Assembly (NCBI GenBank): GCA_020632925.1
Contig: JACKER010000007.1
Span: 116,910-180,909 of the forward strand
Length of the DNA stretch: 64,000 bases
Reading direction: 5' to 3'
Source of the DNA: Alphaproteobacteria bacterium
Lineage (GTDB): Bacteria > Myxococcota_A > UBA796 > GCA-2862545
This document shows positions 1 through 8,593 of this stretch, in pieces. A program made the position numbers and the translations under genes. The notes beneath the pieces are model-generated. The model ran no database searches and was not told the origin of the DNA. It saw only the letters and a program-made list of their open reading frames with translations. Numbering within the stretch: position 1 is the first letter of the stretch; every line of letters begins with the position of its first letter.

Positions 1-287
1 TGGTCACAGGTGTTGTTGCCGTGGCGCAGGCTGACGCCCGTGTGGAAGGGTTCCCCCGGCGTGGCGGCCCAGGCCTGCGACGGATCGGGTCCGTGGCAGG
101 TGGCACAGCCCACACCGATGGGGGTCCCGTGCACGTCGGTACGCGAGGTGTCGACGACGCCGAGGGTGGTTGGCGCCACGATCGTCGTCGCGTACGTGGG
201 CGGACCTTCGATCGGCGCAGCGAAGGCTCGATCGGGGTCGCTGAAGCCCCGGTCGCACGCGACCAGCAGGAGCAGGGCGGGGGACAT
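1..287 (-). CDS. cytochrome c family lipoprotein (CxxCH); the 3' end runs past the window edge
   Basis: The reverse complement from the ATG at 287..285 reads MSPALLLLVACDRGF (lipobox LVAC), then ...GVGCATCHGPDP, which is a CxxCH heme-binding motif. There is no stop before position 1. Its ATG overlaps the TGA of the upstream porin gene (TGATG). It is absent from the ORF track because it is truncated. Confidence 0.5.
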   Translation of the reverse strand, partial: MSPALLLLVACDRGFSDPDRAFAAPIEGPPTYATTIVAPTTLGVVDTSRTDVHGTPIGVGCATCHGPDPSQAWAATPGEPFHTGVSLRHGNNTCD

Positions 288-1816
288 CAGAACTTCACCA
301 GGAACTCGGTCTTGAGCTCCCAGGCGGCGTCGTCGGTGTCGGTGTTGCCGTTGACGACCTTGAGCGCCGCGTCGCCCGGCTGGAACCAACCCCACAGGAG
401 CTTGACCGACACGTCGTCGTAGATCCAGAGGGTGCCGTTGGCGTCGACCTCCCAGCCCAGATCGCTGCTGCCCTCGCCCGTGGGCACGCCCGCAGCGTCG
501 AACCCGCGAACGGGTTGGGTGGTCGCGAGGTACGCCCCCACGACCTCGAGGCGGAGCTGGTCGACGGGCTTGGCGCCCACCTTCAGCGCGCCCACGAGCG
601 TGTTCTCGAGCTCGCGGTAGCCGCGGGAGACGGGGGAGCCGAGCCCCTGGGGGCTGATGCCCTGCACGTCGGGCATCACCGAGTCCTCCCACACGTTGAG
701 CAGCGGGAAGAAGCCCTGCGTCGAGACCTTGTTCACGTTGCCGCGGCCGCTCGTGACGTCGTCGTCGCCGGAACCAGCGCCGCCGAGCAATCCCAGGTCG
801 AGCTTCACGCCCGGATCGAGGTAGACGGTGCCCTCGCCGTACAGGTTCCAGCCGAACAGGTCGCCGTCGTTGACGTCCATCTGGCCGAGCCCGGTGTCGG
901 CGTTGTCGACGCGGTCCTTGCCGGTGAGGACGTCCGCCTCGGCCTTGTACCCGACCAGCCCGTTCACCTTGCCCTCGCCGGAGAGCCCGAAGGTCCACAG
1001 CTCGTTCACGTTGGGCGAGAAGCGCGACTCGGCGTACCCGAGGCCGTTCGGGAAGTGTGACCAGTCGTCGGCGATGACGTCGCGGTAGAAGAGCGCGAAC
1101 GCCTCGCCCTTGTGGAACGTCTTCGTGGACGGCTTCTCTCCGCTGCGATCGCGGAGGTCGTAGCGGGCCTTCAGGCCGAACAGGTCCGCGTCGGAGGTGT
1201 TCTCGGCGGTGTCCGACATCAGCGCGCCGGACGGGGTCGTGAGAGCACCCCGCCCCTCCGAGACCTTCGCCCACGACAGGTCGAAGCCGAGCTGGTCGAT
1301 GGCGTCGACGCTGACGACGACACCGTCGAGGTCCTCGTCCAGCACCAGGCGATGTCCGGCGAGGAAGGGCTGCCGGCCTGCCTGCACCTTGACCGGCCCG
1401 ACCTCGAACCAGGCGGCGGCGGTGTCGAGGTGGACGCCGTAGTTGGTGTCCTTGTTCCCGAACAGCGAGTCGACGTTGTACGCCGCGCTGTTGACGACGG
1501 CGCCGGTCGCGGGGTCGATGGCCGAGACCTGTTGCGTGTTGGGGCTGTTGTCGAGGCCCCACCAGCCCTGTGCGGCGTCGACCTGGGCGACGATGCCGTA
1601 GTGCTCGCGGCTGACCGCGCCGCGGACCCGGAGCATCTGGACGACGTACGACGCGTCGTCGAGCGGGTGGTCCTTCCCGAACAGGAAGTTGTGTTGGGAC
1701 AGGCCCCAGGCGGTGTACAGGCCCGAGAGCTTCACCTGGGTCTTCGGGGTCTCCTCGGCGGCGTCCGCGGCGGCGGTGGGGTTGAGGAAGGTGGTGGCGA
1801 GCAGCAGGGGTGACAT
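287..1816 (-). CDS. outer-membrane beta-barrel porin-like protein
   Basis: 509 aa. It has an N-terminal signal peptide (MSPLLLATTFLNPTAAADAA). The composition is Gly/Asn/Asp/Tyr-rich with alternating hydrophilic and hydrophobic residues, typical of a beta-barrel. The C-terminus ends ...WELKTEFLVKF, with the terminal Phe typical of outer-membrane barrels. It is not Arg-rich, unlike the overlapping junk frames. Confidence 0.55.
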   Translation of the reverse strand: MSPLLLATTFLNPTAAADAAEETPKTQVKLSGLYTAWGLSQHNFLFGKDHPLDDASYVVQMLRVRGAVSREHYGIVAQVDAAQGWWGLDNSPNTQQVSAIDPATGAVVNSAAYNVDSLFGNKDTNYGVHLDTAAAWFEVGPVKVQAGRQPFLAGHRLVLDEDLDGVVVSVDAIDQLGFDLSWAKVSEGRGALTTPSGALMSDTAENTSDADLFGLKARYDLRDRSGEKPSTKTFHKGEAFALFYRDVIADDWSHFPNGLGYAESRFSPNVNELWTFGLSGEGKVNGLVGYKAEADVLTGKDRVDNADTGLGQMDVNDGDLFGWNLYGEGTVYLDPGVKLDLGLLGGAGSGDDDVTSGRGNVNKVSTQGFFPLLNVWEDSVMPDVQGISPQGLGSPVSRGYRELENTLVGALKVGAKPVDQLRLEVVGAYLATTQPVRGFDAAGVPTGEGSSDLGWEVDANGTLWIYDDVSVKLLWGWFQPGDAALKVVNGNTDTDDAAWELKTEFLVKF

Positions 1817-1967
1817 CTCGTTCTCCGGACCTCAACGTCCGCAAAACGTGTGCCACTCGTTGTCTATGACCTGGTATCTCGATCATCCGAGACCATTTTA
1901 AAGGAGTCCTGTATCCGTTGTGTGCGTTGACACATCGGGTCGCGTCCTCTCGCACAACACGGGCGGA

Positions 1968-2483
1968 TCAGAGCGCGCGAGCCAGGGTCTGAACCACCCC
2001 CGCCAGGAGGAGGGCACGCGAGGGCCAGATCCACCAGGAGCCTCCCTGCTCCGGCTCGCCCGGGGCGGCGAGGGCGACCAGGCCCACACCCACCAGCCCT
2101 GCGTCCGCGTACGCGGCTGCCCCGCGTGACGCATCCAGCGTGAGCACCGACCCGACGCCGATCCCACCGATCACCCAGCCCGACGCGGTGAGGAGCAGCC
2201 CGCCGGACCACCGCCGGAGAGTCGCCGCCAACGCCACGCCGAGGAGCCAACCGACGGACGCCGTGGCGAGGGGATGGAGGGAACCCGCCGCCCATCCTCC
2301 ACCGGCGGCGACCGCGGCCACCACCGGGAAGGACCACGGCGGGACCGGGGTGTGCGGAGAGTCCGACGGCAACGGAGCCTCCATCGTGGCCTCGTGGTCG
2401 GTCTCGGTCGTCGGCTCCATCGGCAGGAGCTCTTCGGGCGCAGGGTGGGGGGTCGACGCAGGATCGAGGTTCTCGGAGCGCAT
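1968..2483 (-). CDS. hypothetical membrane protein
   Basis: The start was moved to the internal ATG (MRSENLDP...), which is preceded by GGAGGTGGAGGTG. There is an acidic/Pro N-terminal region followed by 3-4 hydrophobic helices (VVAAVAAGGGWAAG, WLLGVALAATL, WVIGGIGVGSVL, LVGVGLVALAA). Confidence 0.4.
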   Translation of the reverse strand: MRSENLDPASTPHPAPEELLPMEPTTETDHEATMEAPLPSDSPHTPVPPWSFPVVAAVAAGGGWAAGSLHPLATASVGWLLGVALAATLRRWSGGLLLTASGWVIGGIGVGSVLTLDASRGAAAYADAGLVGVGLVALAAPGEPEQGGSWWIWPSRALLLAGVVQTLARAL

Positions 2484-2669
2484 CGGGCACCTCCACCTCC
2501 ACGATGACCGGCGCGCGCGATCGGCGCGTCCGTCGTTCGTCGGACCCATCGTCAACGTTGGACGATCCTCGATATGCAGGGGGAGGTCACGCTCCCCGAG
2601 ATGCTGCGCCGGGGAGCGCGGCAGACGTGGGAGGACCGGGTCCGCGTGGTGGGACGAGGACTGACGCGG

Positions 2670-3350
2670 CTACGGCACGCCGTAGAAGCCCCACATCGTC
2701 GCGACCGGGTCGCTCTCGATGCCGAAGTCGGCCAGCGCCTTCCAGGGGTACTCCGGAGCGGCGCTGTTGCTCCAGAAGCTGTTCAGGCCCTGCGTGTCGC
2801 AGGTGAACAGGCAGGAGGCGTGCCCATCGCGGCATCCGCTGGGCGCTCCGACCATCTCCACCGCCACGTAGAGCGCTTCGCCAGGTCCGACGCCGATCGC
2901 GTGCGGGAGCACCAGGTCGATGCGTCGGACGTCGCCCGTCGCAGGATCGGCGGGCACCGTCACGCGGAACTCCTCGACCGGATCGGCCGGCGGAGGCTGG
3001 TTCGCGTCCGCGACGAACAGGAACACGTCGTGCGCGGACGCGCTGTCGCAGACGAAGGGCTCGGTCGGGTCGGGGACGCCCTCGGTGAGGAAGTAGGTCA
3101 CGCCCTTGACCGAGAACGGGGTGGTCGGGGGCACGATCCGGATCGCGGTGTAGTGGCCCTCCTCACCCTCGCACGCGTGGAGGTTGCTGTGGTTGGCGCA
3201 GGTGCGCTCCACGCTCGAGCTGGCGGTGTCCGACTCCGGCGGGATCGGTGCCACGTCCAGCGTCCACTCGCTCCGGACGTCGAGCGACTGGGCGAGGGCC
3301 TGGGCGGGCGCGAGGGCGAAGAGGGAGAACGCGAGCGGACGTACGACCAT
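2670..3350 (-). CDS. secreted hypothetical protein (Cys-containing)
   Basis: The start is MVVRPLAFSLFALAPAQALAQS (a Sec signal ending AxA), preceded by AAAGGAGCCCC. The mature part contains 8 Cys. It lies immediately downstream of the peptidase-like gene. Confidence 0.55.
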   Translation of the reverse strand: MVVRPLAFSLFALAPAQALAQSLDVRSEWTLDVAPIPPESDTASSSVERTCANHSNLHACEGEEGHYTAIRIVPPTTPFSVKGVTYFLTEGVPDPTEPFVCDSASAHDVFLFVADANQPPPADPVEEFRVTVPADPATGDVRRIDLVLPHAIGVGPGEALYVAVEMVGAPSGCRDGHASCLFTCDTQGLNSFWSNSAAPEYPWKALADFGIESDPVATMWGFYGVP

Positions 3351-3417
3351 GGGGCTCCTTTTGCCGTGCCACTCCGATGGTGGCGCGACATGCCCGGGTG
3401 TCAACATCCACCCATCG

Positions 3418-5022
3418 TCAGGGAGCCGCTTCCTCGGGGACCTTCGGGGCCGCACGACGGAAGATGAGCGCGTAGTTGCCGAAGTTCTTCGAGCCCGCCT
3501 GGTCGTCCGACATGTTGTACGACTCGCCCTTGCGCTCGTTGGCGTCCGGGTTCTGCGCCCTCGCGACCTTCCAGTCCTCCTTGTCCTTGAGGTTCGCCTG
3601 GTTCTTCAGGTCGCGCGTCGTCCCCTTGGTGGCGAACGCGTCGCCGCCCTTGTTCTTTCGGTAGTTCGGGTTGATCCAACCATACGGGTCGTCGATCGTG
3701 AGTCCGTCCTTCCGCGAGGCGTCCTGGACGCTGACGATGTGCGTGGCGTTGCTGCGCGTGCCCTTGTGGCGCAGGCTCATCATGACCGCGCCGCCCTCCG
3801 TGAGCGCGTCGTTCATGTCCGTCTTCACGTCGGCGTAGTTCGTGTTGGAGATGAACGTCCGCTCGGCTGTGGGGCGCTTGTCGGCGTCGGGCTCGATCTT
3901 CGCGAGGATGTCGTTCGCGCGGCCCGCGACCTCGGTGTTCGGGATCTTGTTGAGGTGCAGCAGGAAGGCCAGCTGGTCTTCCATCTGCGCGTTGTCCGAG
4001 AAGTCCTTGGCGATGGCCTCGCGCTCCTTCGCACTCGTGTTGCCGCCGCGGAGCTGCTGGTAGGCCTTCCCCTTGGTGTTGGCCTTCAGGTACGTCGCCA
4101 CCGCGCTCTCGTAGTACTCCTTCGGCAGCTCGATCTTGTCCATGCCGCCGGCGGCCTCGACGTCGATCTTGTTCTCCTTGACGTACTTCGCCTTCAGGTC
4201 GCGCTCGATGGCCGAGGTCACGCTCTCCCGGCCGTAGCCCAGCCGCTCCAGCGCCATCGAGAAGGCGGTCACGTTGCAGGTCGCCTCGGGTGACGCGAGG
4301 TTGTCGGACTGGGTGCGGTACTGCGGCACGCCGAGCCGCGAGTTCCAGTCGACGTTCGAGTAGAGCGAGCCCTCGACCTTCGCGTTGGGATCGGTCTCGC
4401 CCAGCTGGCGGCGCGGGATCGCCTGGGGCACCTCGAGCTGCTTGATGAGCGGTCGGATCGCGCTGATGAGCTCGGGCGGGACGTACCCGTCCTTCGGGGC
4501 GCCGGTCGGCGCGTCCTTGTCGGGGCCCGTCCCCATCGCCCACAGATCGGTGAACTTCCCGTTGTTCAACCGGCTGCTCACGTCGCCGACCTGGCGCAGC
4601 AGGCTCTCGATGCGCTTGGCCTGCTCCTCCGGGGGCAGCGCCTGGATCTCCATCGCCCGCACGCCCAGGTACTCCTTGAAGTCCCCGATGAACTTCGGCC
4701 GCGTCGTGGGCTCCTTGGGCTCGGTGTAGACCTCGGGCATCTTCGGCAGCTTGGTCGGGTCGCCGAACACGGAGCCCGCCCAGGGCTTCCACGCCGCGTC
4801 CGGCCCGCCGATGGTCGTGGGCAACAGGCCGGCCCAGCTCGTGTCCCCGAGCGCGGGCATCTTCACCGCCGCGTCCGTCAGCAGGCTCGGCAGCAGCGGT
4901 GGTGTCGGTGGGAGCGCGCCGGCCGCGTCCGTGTTCGACACGGCCTGGTCCGGTTTCGGGACGTCGTCGGTCTTCTCGGGGCGCTCCACGTCCTTGACGG
5001 GGGTCGCCTGCTGCTTGGCCAT
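3418..5022 (-). CDS. C39-like papain-fold cysteine peptidase domain protein (no signal peptide)
   Basis: 534 aa with normal composition (Lys/Asp/Glu-rich), which contrasts with the overlapping Arg-rich 559-aa frame. Putative catalytic residues: Cys in EATCNVTAFSMALERLGYG (compare the C39-family pattern C-G-x-x-S/A-L-x-M), His in NATHIVSVQD, and the following DDPYG. The N-terminal 120 aa are Pro/Lys-rich and look disordered. Confidence 0.5.
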   Translation of the reverse strand: MAKQQATPVKDVERPEKTDDVPKPDQAVSNTDAAGALPPTPPLLPSLLTDAAVKMPALGDTSWAGLLPTTIGGPDAAWKPWAGSVFGDPTKLPKMPEVYTEPKEPTTRPKFIGDFKEYLGVRAMEIQALPPEEQAKRIESLLRQVGDVSSRLNNGKFTDLWAMGTGPDKDAPTGAPKDGYVPPELISAIRPLIKQLEVPQAIPRRQLGETDPNAKVEGSLYSNVDWNSRLGVPQYRTQSDNLASPEATCNVTAFSMALERLGYGRESVTSAIERDLKAKYVKENKIDVEAAGGMDKIELPKEYYESAVATYLKANTKGKAYQQLRGGNTSAKEREAIAKDFSDNAQMEDQLAFLLHLNKIPNTEVAGRANDILAKIEPDADKRPTAERTFISNTNYADVKTDMNDALTEGGAVMMSLRHKGTRSNATHIVSVQDASRKDGLTIDDPYGWINPNYRKNKGGDAFATKGTTRDLKNQANLKDKEDWKVARAQNPDANERKGESYNMSDDQAGSKNFGNYALIFRRAAPKVPEEAAP

Positions 5023-5125
5023 GGATCACCTCGGAGGAGTCGAGGATCTCCAGTGTCCTCTCGCCGTCCGCAGAATGCAACGCGTCGCGACCCGTTCGCG
5101 GAGCGACACGTCATGACCGAGGTCG

Positions 5126-5788
5126 TCAGCCCGCGGTCGTCGCTTCCGCGTCCAGCGTGGCCATCGCGGACGGTGCGAGCCGTGGGTAGTGGCGGCGCCA
5201 GGCAGCGACCATCGCGTCGAATGGGATCTCGGCGTGGCTCCCGTGGTCCTCGACGTACTCCATGAAGCGCGTGTCGCGGTCGTACTCCTGGAAGATCGCG
5301 TCGCGCTCGCCGTCCCACTCGAGCGGGGAGACGCCGAGGCGCTCGCAGAGCTCCGCGTTGAACGCAGGCGTCGTGGCGACCCAGCGGCCGTCGAGGAAGA
5401 GCTCGGTGTACCCGTGGAACACGAGCAGGTCGGTGCCGAGGTACGCCTCGAGCTTCGCGGTGCCGACGTGGTTGCGGACGTTCGCGAAGTGCAGCCGGCT
5501 CGGGATGCCGAGCGCGCGCGCGGCCGCGGCCAGCAGGAGCGCCTTGTCGATGCAGTGCCCACCGCGGTCGCCGGGGCGCGAGAGCACCTCGCTCGCGAGG
5601 TACCCCTCGGGCTCGAGCGCGATCCGGTAGGGGTTGTACCGCCAGCCGTCGCGCACGGCATAGAACAACGCCACCGCCGAGGCCTTCGGGTCCCCGCGGT
5701 CGTACCGACGAGCGAAGGCCACGATCTCGGGGTGGTCGCTGTCCACGTAGCGGTTCGGCCGCAGGTAGACCGGGTCCAGATCCGTCAT
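5126..5788 (-). CDS. transglutaminase-like superfamily protein
   Basis: The real start is MTDLDPVYL at 5788, within the 402-aa ORF; the upstream part of that ORF is Arg/Gly junk. The core motif is GDRGGHCIDKALLLAAAARALGIPSRLHFANV (transglutaminase-like Cys and following helix). An RBS GGGAGG lies upstream. Its ATG overlaps the TGA of the pirin gene (ATGA). Confidence 0.65.
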   Translation of the reverse strand: MTDLDPVYLRPNRYVDSDHPEIVAFARRYDRGDPKASAVALFYAVRDGWRYNPYRIALEPEGYLASEVLSRPGDRGGHCIDKALLLAAAARALGIPSRLHFANVRNHVGTAKLEAYLGTDLLVFHGYTELFLDGRWVATTPAFNAELCERLGVSPLEWDGERDAIFQEYDRDTRFMEYVEDHGSHAEIPFDAMVAAWRRHYPRLAPSAMATLDAEATTAG

Positions 5789-6726
5789 CCGCCCACCAAC
5801 CTCCCCGAGCGGTAGTCCGCCCAGGCCTGGCGGATCTCCTCCTCGGTGTTCATCACGAAGGGGCCGCCGCGCGCCACGGGCTCCCCGATCGGTGCGCCCG
5901 CGACCAGCAGGAGGCGGCCGGCACCCGTCGCGCGCACCTCCTCGCCGTCGGAGAGGATGGCCAACGAGCCAGGCGCCACCGGCGTCCCCGCGATGACCGG
6001 CGCCCCGGAGATGCCCGCGACGAACGCCGTGTGCCCCGCCGGGACCTCCAGCGCGAGCTCCCCGCCCTCCTCGACCGTGACGTCGAGCACGGTGGGCTTC
6101 ACGACCACGCCGTCCACCGGTCCGGTGACGCCGCCGACGTTCCCCGCGAGGACACGGGCCGTGGCGTCGCCGACGTCGACGGTGGGGACATCGCCCGCCT
6201 GCATGTCCTGGTACCGCGGCGGGTCCCACTTGCGGGCGGCGGGCAGGTTCACCCAGAGCTGGAAGCCGCGCATCCGGCCCTCGACGGGTTCGGGCATCTC
6301 CGAGTGGACGATGCCTCGCCCGGCGGTCATCCACTGGATGCAGCCGGGCAGCAGGCGGCCGTGGTTGCCGACCGAGTCCTCGTGGACGACCGCGCCGTCG
6401 AGCAGGATGGTGACGGTCTCGAAGCCGCGGTGCGGGTGGTCCGGGAAGCCCTTCACGTAGTCGGCGGGGTCGTCGCTGCCGAACTCGTCGAGCAGCAGGA
6501 AGGGGTCGAGCAGGGACAGCTCGCGGCTGCCGAGCAGTCGGCGGAGCTTCACGCCCGCGCCGTCCCGGGTGAACGCCCCCGACACCGTCCGAGCCACGGT
6601 CCGCGCGGTGCGTCGGCGAACCGGGGGAGGGGACGCGCCGAGCAGCAGCGGCGCACCGAGCGCCAGCGGCCCGGCGACGGCGGCGGCACCGACGAGCAGG
6701 TGGCGCCTGGCGAGGGGGGACGACAT
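5785..6726 (-). CDS. pirin-family protein with a Tat-type signal peptide
   Basis: Pirin motifs are present: HPHRGFETVTILLDGAVVHEDS and the cupin His residues. The start was set at MSSPLARRHLLVGAAAVAGPLALGAPLLLGAS, which has an RR motif, a hydrophobic h-region and AxA. The upstream 82 codons of the ORF (SASVSASLSA...) are the antisense reading of a 12-bp tandem repeat and are excluded. Confidence 0.75.
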   Translation of the reverse strand: MSSPLARRHLLVGAAAVAGPLALGAPLLLGASPPPVRRRTARTVARTVSGAFTRDGAGVKLRRLLGSRELSLLDPFLLLDEFGSDDPADYVKGFPDHPHRGFETVTILLDGAVVHEDSVGNHGRLLPGCIQWMTAGRGIVHSEMPEPVEGRMRGFQLWVNLPAARKWDPPRYQDMQAGDVPTVDVGDATARVLAGNVGGVTGPVDGVVVKPTVLDVTVEEGGELALEVPAGHTAFVAGISGAPVIAGTPVAPGSLAILSDGEEVRATGAGRLLLVAGAPIGEPVARGGPFVMNTEEEIRQAWADYRSGRLVGG

Positions 6727-6733
6727 CGGCTCA

Positions 6734-7378
6734 GTGTATCCTGGCTCCGTGCTGCCCTGGATGCTGGCGCTGTGGTCCTGCGAAGCCGACACGGTCGTCG
6801 ACGGCACGCTCGTGGCGTCCGACGCCGACACGGACGCGGACACCGACGCGGACAGCGACGCCGACACGGACGCGGACAGCGACGCCGACACGGACGCGGA
6901 CACCGACACCGCGGTCCACACCGGGCCCGTCCTGCCGGCGCCGGACTGGTCGCTCGCGGACGTGAACGACACCTCGCCCAGCTACGCGCAGCAGGTCAGC
7001 CCCCGCGACGAGCTCCTCAAGGTCAGCGGCTGGTACTTCACGCACGCCACGTGAAGCTACTGCCGCTCCCAGTATGGGAAGCTCCAGCAACTCCAGAACG
7101 AGCTCGACGCGGCCCACCCCGGTGAGGTGGCGCTGCTCGCCGTCAACCAGGCCGGTCAGGAGTCGGGCGTGCCCGTGATGGCCGCGCTCGGCGACCTCCC
7201 GCTGCTCCAGGACACCGTCGAGGTCGACGCCTGGGGGGCCTGGGGCGCGACCTGGCGGGACGTCGTGATCCTCGACGGGGACAACCTGGTGGTGGGGGTC
7301 TACAACCTGACGAGCCACGACCTGAACGACCCCGCGAACTACGCGGAGCTCGAGGCGATGCTGCTCAGCGCGCGATGA
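6734..7378 (+). CDS. TlpA/ResA-like thiol:disulfide oxidoreductase, candidate selenoprotein (in-frame TGA at 7052..7054 read as Sec, giving a UxxC motif)
   Basis: ORFs 6569..7054 and 7127..7378 are in the same frame, separated only by the TGA at 7052..7054. The joined translation has thioredoxin-fold architecture: PAPDWSLADVNDTSPSYAQQVSPRDELLKVSGWYFTHAT-[TGA]-SYCRSQYGKLQQLQNELDAAHPGEVALLAVNQAG...TWRDVVILDGDNLVVGVYN. The TGA sits exactly where the first Cys of WCxxC falls. The N-terminus has a short hydrophobic/Cys segment (VLPWMLALWSC) plus the (DADT)n linker. The start is uncertain (GTG 6734 or ATG 6761). Confidence 0.5.
6821..6910. repeat. 12-bp tandem repeat (GACACGGACGCG / GACAGCGACGCC), about 7 units; it encodes (DADT/DADS)n in the + frame
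   Basis: The period is directly visible. It translates to DADTDADTDADSDADTDADSDADTDADTD inside the TlpA-like gene, and to SASVSASLSA in the antisense frame. Confidence 0.7.
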
Positions 7379-8204
7379 AGGCCGTGACCTCCATCGTGGT
7401 GTAGAGCACCCAGTGCAGCAGGAAGGAGGGCCACGCGCTCTTTGCCCGCCAGCACAGCCAGCCCATCAGGATGCCGCCGAACCAGCTCGAGATCATCTCG
7501 GGCTCGGGCTTGTGCTGGTGCAGCAGGAAGAACGGGTACGCCTGGATCACGATCGCCGCGACGGGCCCGAGCGTCCGCCCGAGGCCGAAGAGCATGAAGC
7601 CCCGGTAGTAGTACTCCCAGCAGAACATGTAGACGCCCATCGCGAGCTCGTACTGGATCAGGGCGACCACGCTGGTCCGCGCGGGCTTGTACCGCGGGTA
7701 GAACTGCGCGAACTCGGGGAACATCCAGACCACGATCGGGATGCAGACGAGGATCGCGACGAGCAGGATGCCGACGGGCCGCGACCACCAGCGGACGTCG
7801 CCGAGACCGAGGCCCCAGGCGCTCCATGGGACCTTCCCGCGCGCCATCGCCGCCACCACCATCAGGACGCCGACCGCCGCACCCAGAGCCAGCGAGGTGG
7901 GGTCGTCCTTGAGCCACGCCTTGCCCGCCGGGTGGTACGCCCAGATCAGCGCGGGCGCCATGGCGGACGCGACGCCGACGCCAGCGAGCCCCATCGCGAG
8001 CGGGTCGCTGCTGTCGTGGACCACGGCCGCCCAGGTCGGCAGCACCAGGAACACGATGAGGGCCAGCGCCGGCAGGATCACGAGGTGCGCGGGTGGGCCG
8101 TACAGGTCGTAGTGGAGCTGCGAGTACGCCGCGACCGTCGCGAGGAACAGCATCCACGCGTGTTGTCTCGTCCAACCCCAGAGCTCGCGAACGGTCTCGA
8201 TCAT
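7365..8204 (-). CDS. CPBP family intramembrane glutamic endopeptidase (CAAX protease-like)
   Basis: Polytopic membrane protein with motifs CWEYYYRGF (EExxxR-like), AYPFFLLHQH (FxxxH) and WPSFLLHWVLYT (second His). Confidence 0.75.
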   Translation of the reverse strand: MIETVRELWGWTRQHAWMLFLATVAAYSQLHYDLYGPPAHLVILPALALIVFLVLPTWAAVVHDSSDPLAMGLAGVGVASAMAPALIWAYHPAGKAWLKDDPTSLALGAAVGVLMVVAAMARGKVPWSAWGLGLGDVRWWSRPVGILLVAILVCIPIVVWMFPEFAQFYPRYKPARTSVVALIQYELAMGVYMFCWEYYYRGFMLFGLGRTLGPVAAIVIQAYPFFLLHQHKPEPEMISSWFGGILMGWLCWRAKSAWPSFLLHWVLYTTMEVTAFIAR

Positions 8205-8593
8205 GGTCGCGCAGCATGACCGCCGACGCCGGACCGCGCTATACTGAACAGGTGTTCACTTGGTCGGCGAGGTGGATCGTGCGGTGGGACACGAACGAGG
8301 GGCGTCACACCTGCGTGTTGCCGGGAGGCATCGTCGCTCATGCTGTGCGGAGCACGGTCGGCTGGGAGGTGCTGGTCCCCGCGGCCGGCGTGCACGAGTT
8401 CGTCCGCAACCCGGCGCTCGTGACCTGGATCTCCGCGCGACCCGTGATCGAGCGCGTGATCCGTGCGAGGCTGCACGGCGAGGATCCGCACGGGCTGTGA
8501 CCGATCGCGGATCGCGACGACGAATCGCGACGTGGATCGAATGTCCGAGACGGGCGCACGTCGATGGTCACATCAGCGGACGGGAGGTGAGGA

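Noticed and set aside
6727-6972. N-terminal SASVSASLSA repeat extension of the pirin ORF
   Set aside because: It is the antisense translation of the 12-bp tandem repeat that encodes (DADT)n in the opposite gene. A Tat signal must be N-terminal, so the start was placed at MSSPLARRHLL.
7052-7054. Treating the TGA as a genuine stop, giving two separate hypothetical genes
   Set aside because: The two ORFs are in the same frame, and the TGA falls precisely at the CxxC first-Cys position of a contiguous thioredoxin fold. The downstream ORF alone lacks the catalytic motif and a start context. Selenocysteine read-through therefore remains a hypothesis, not a certainty.
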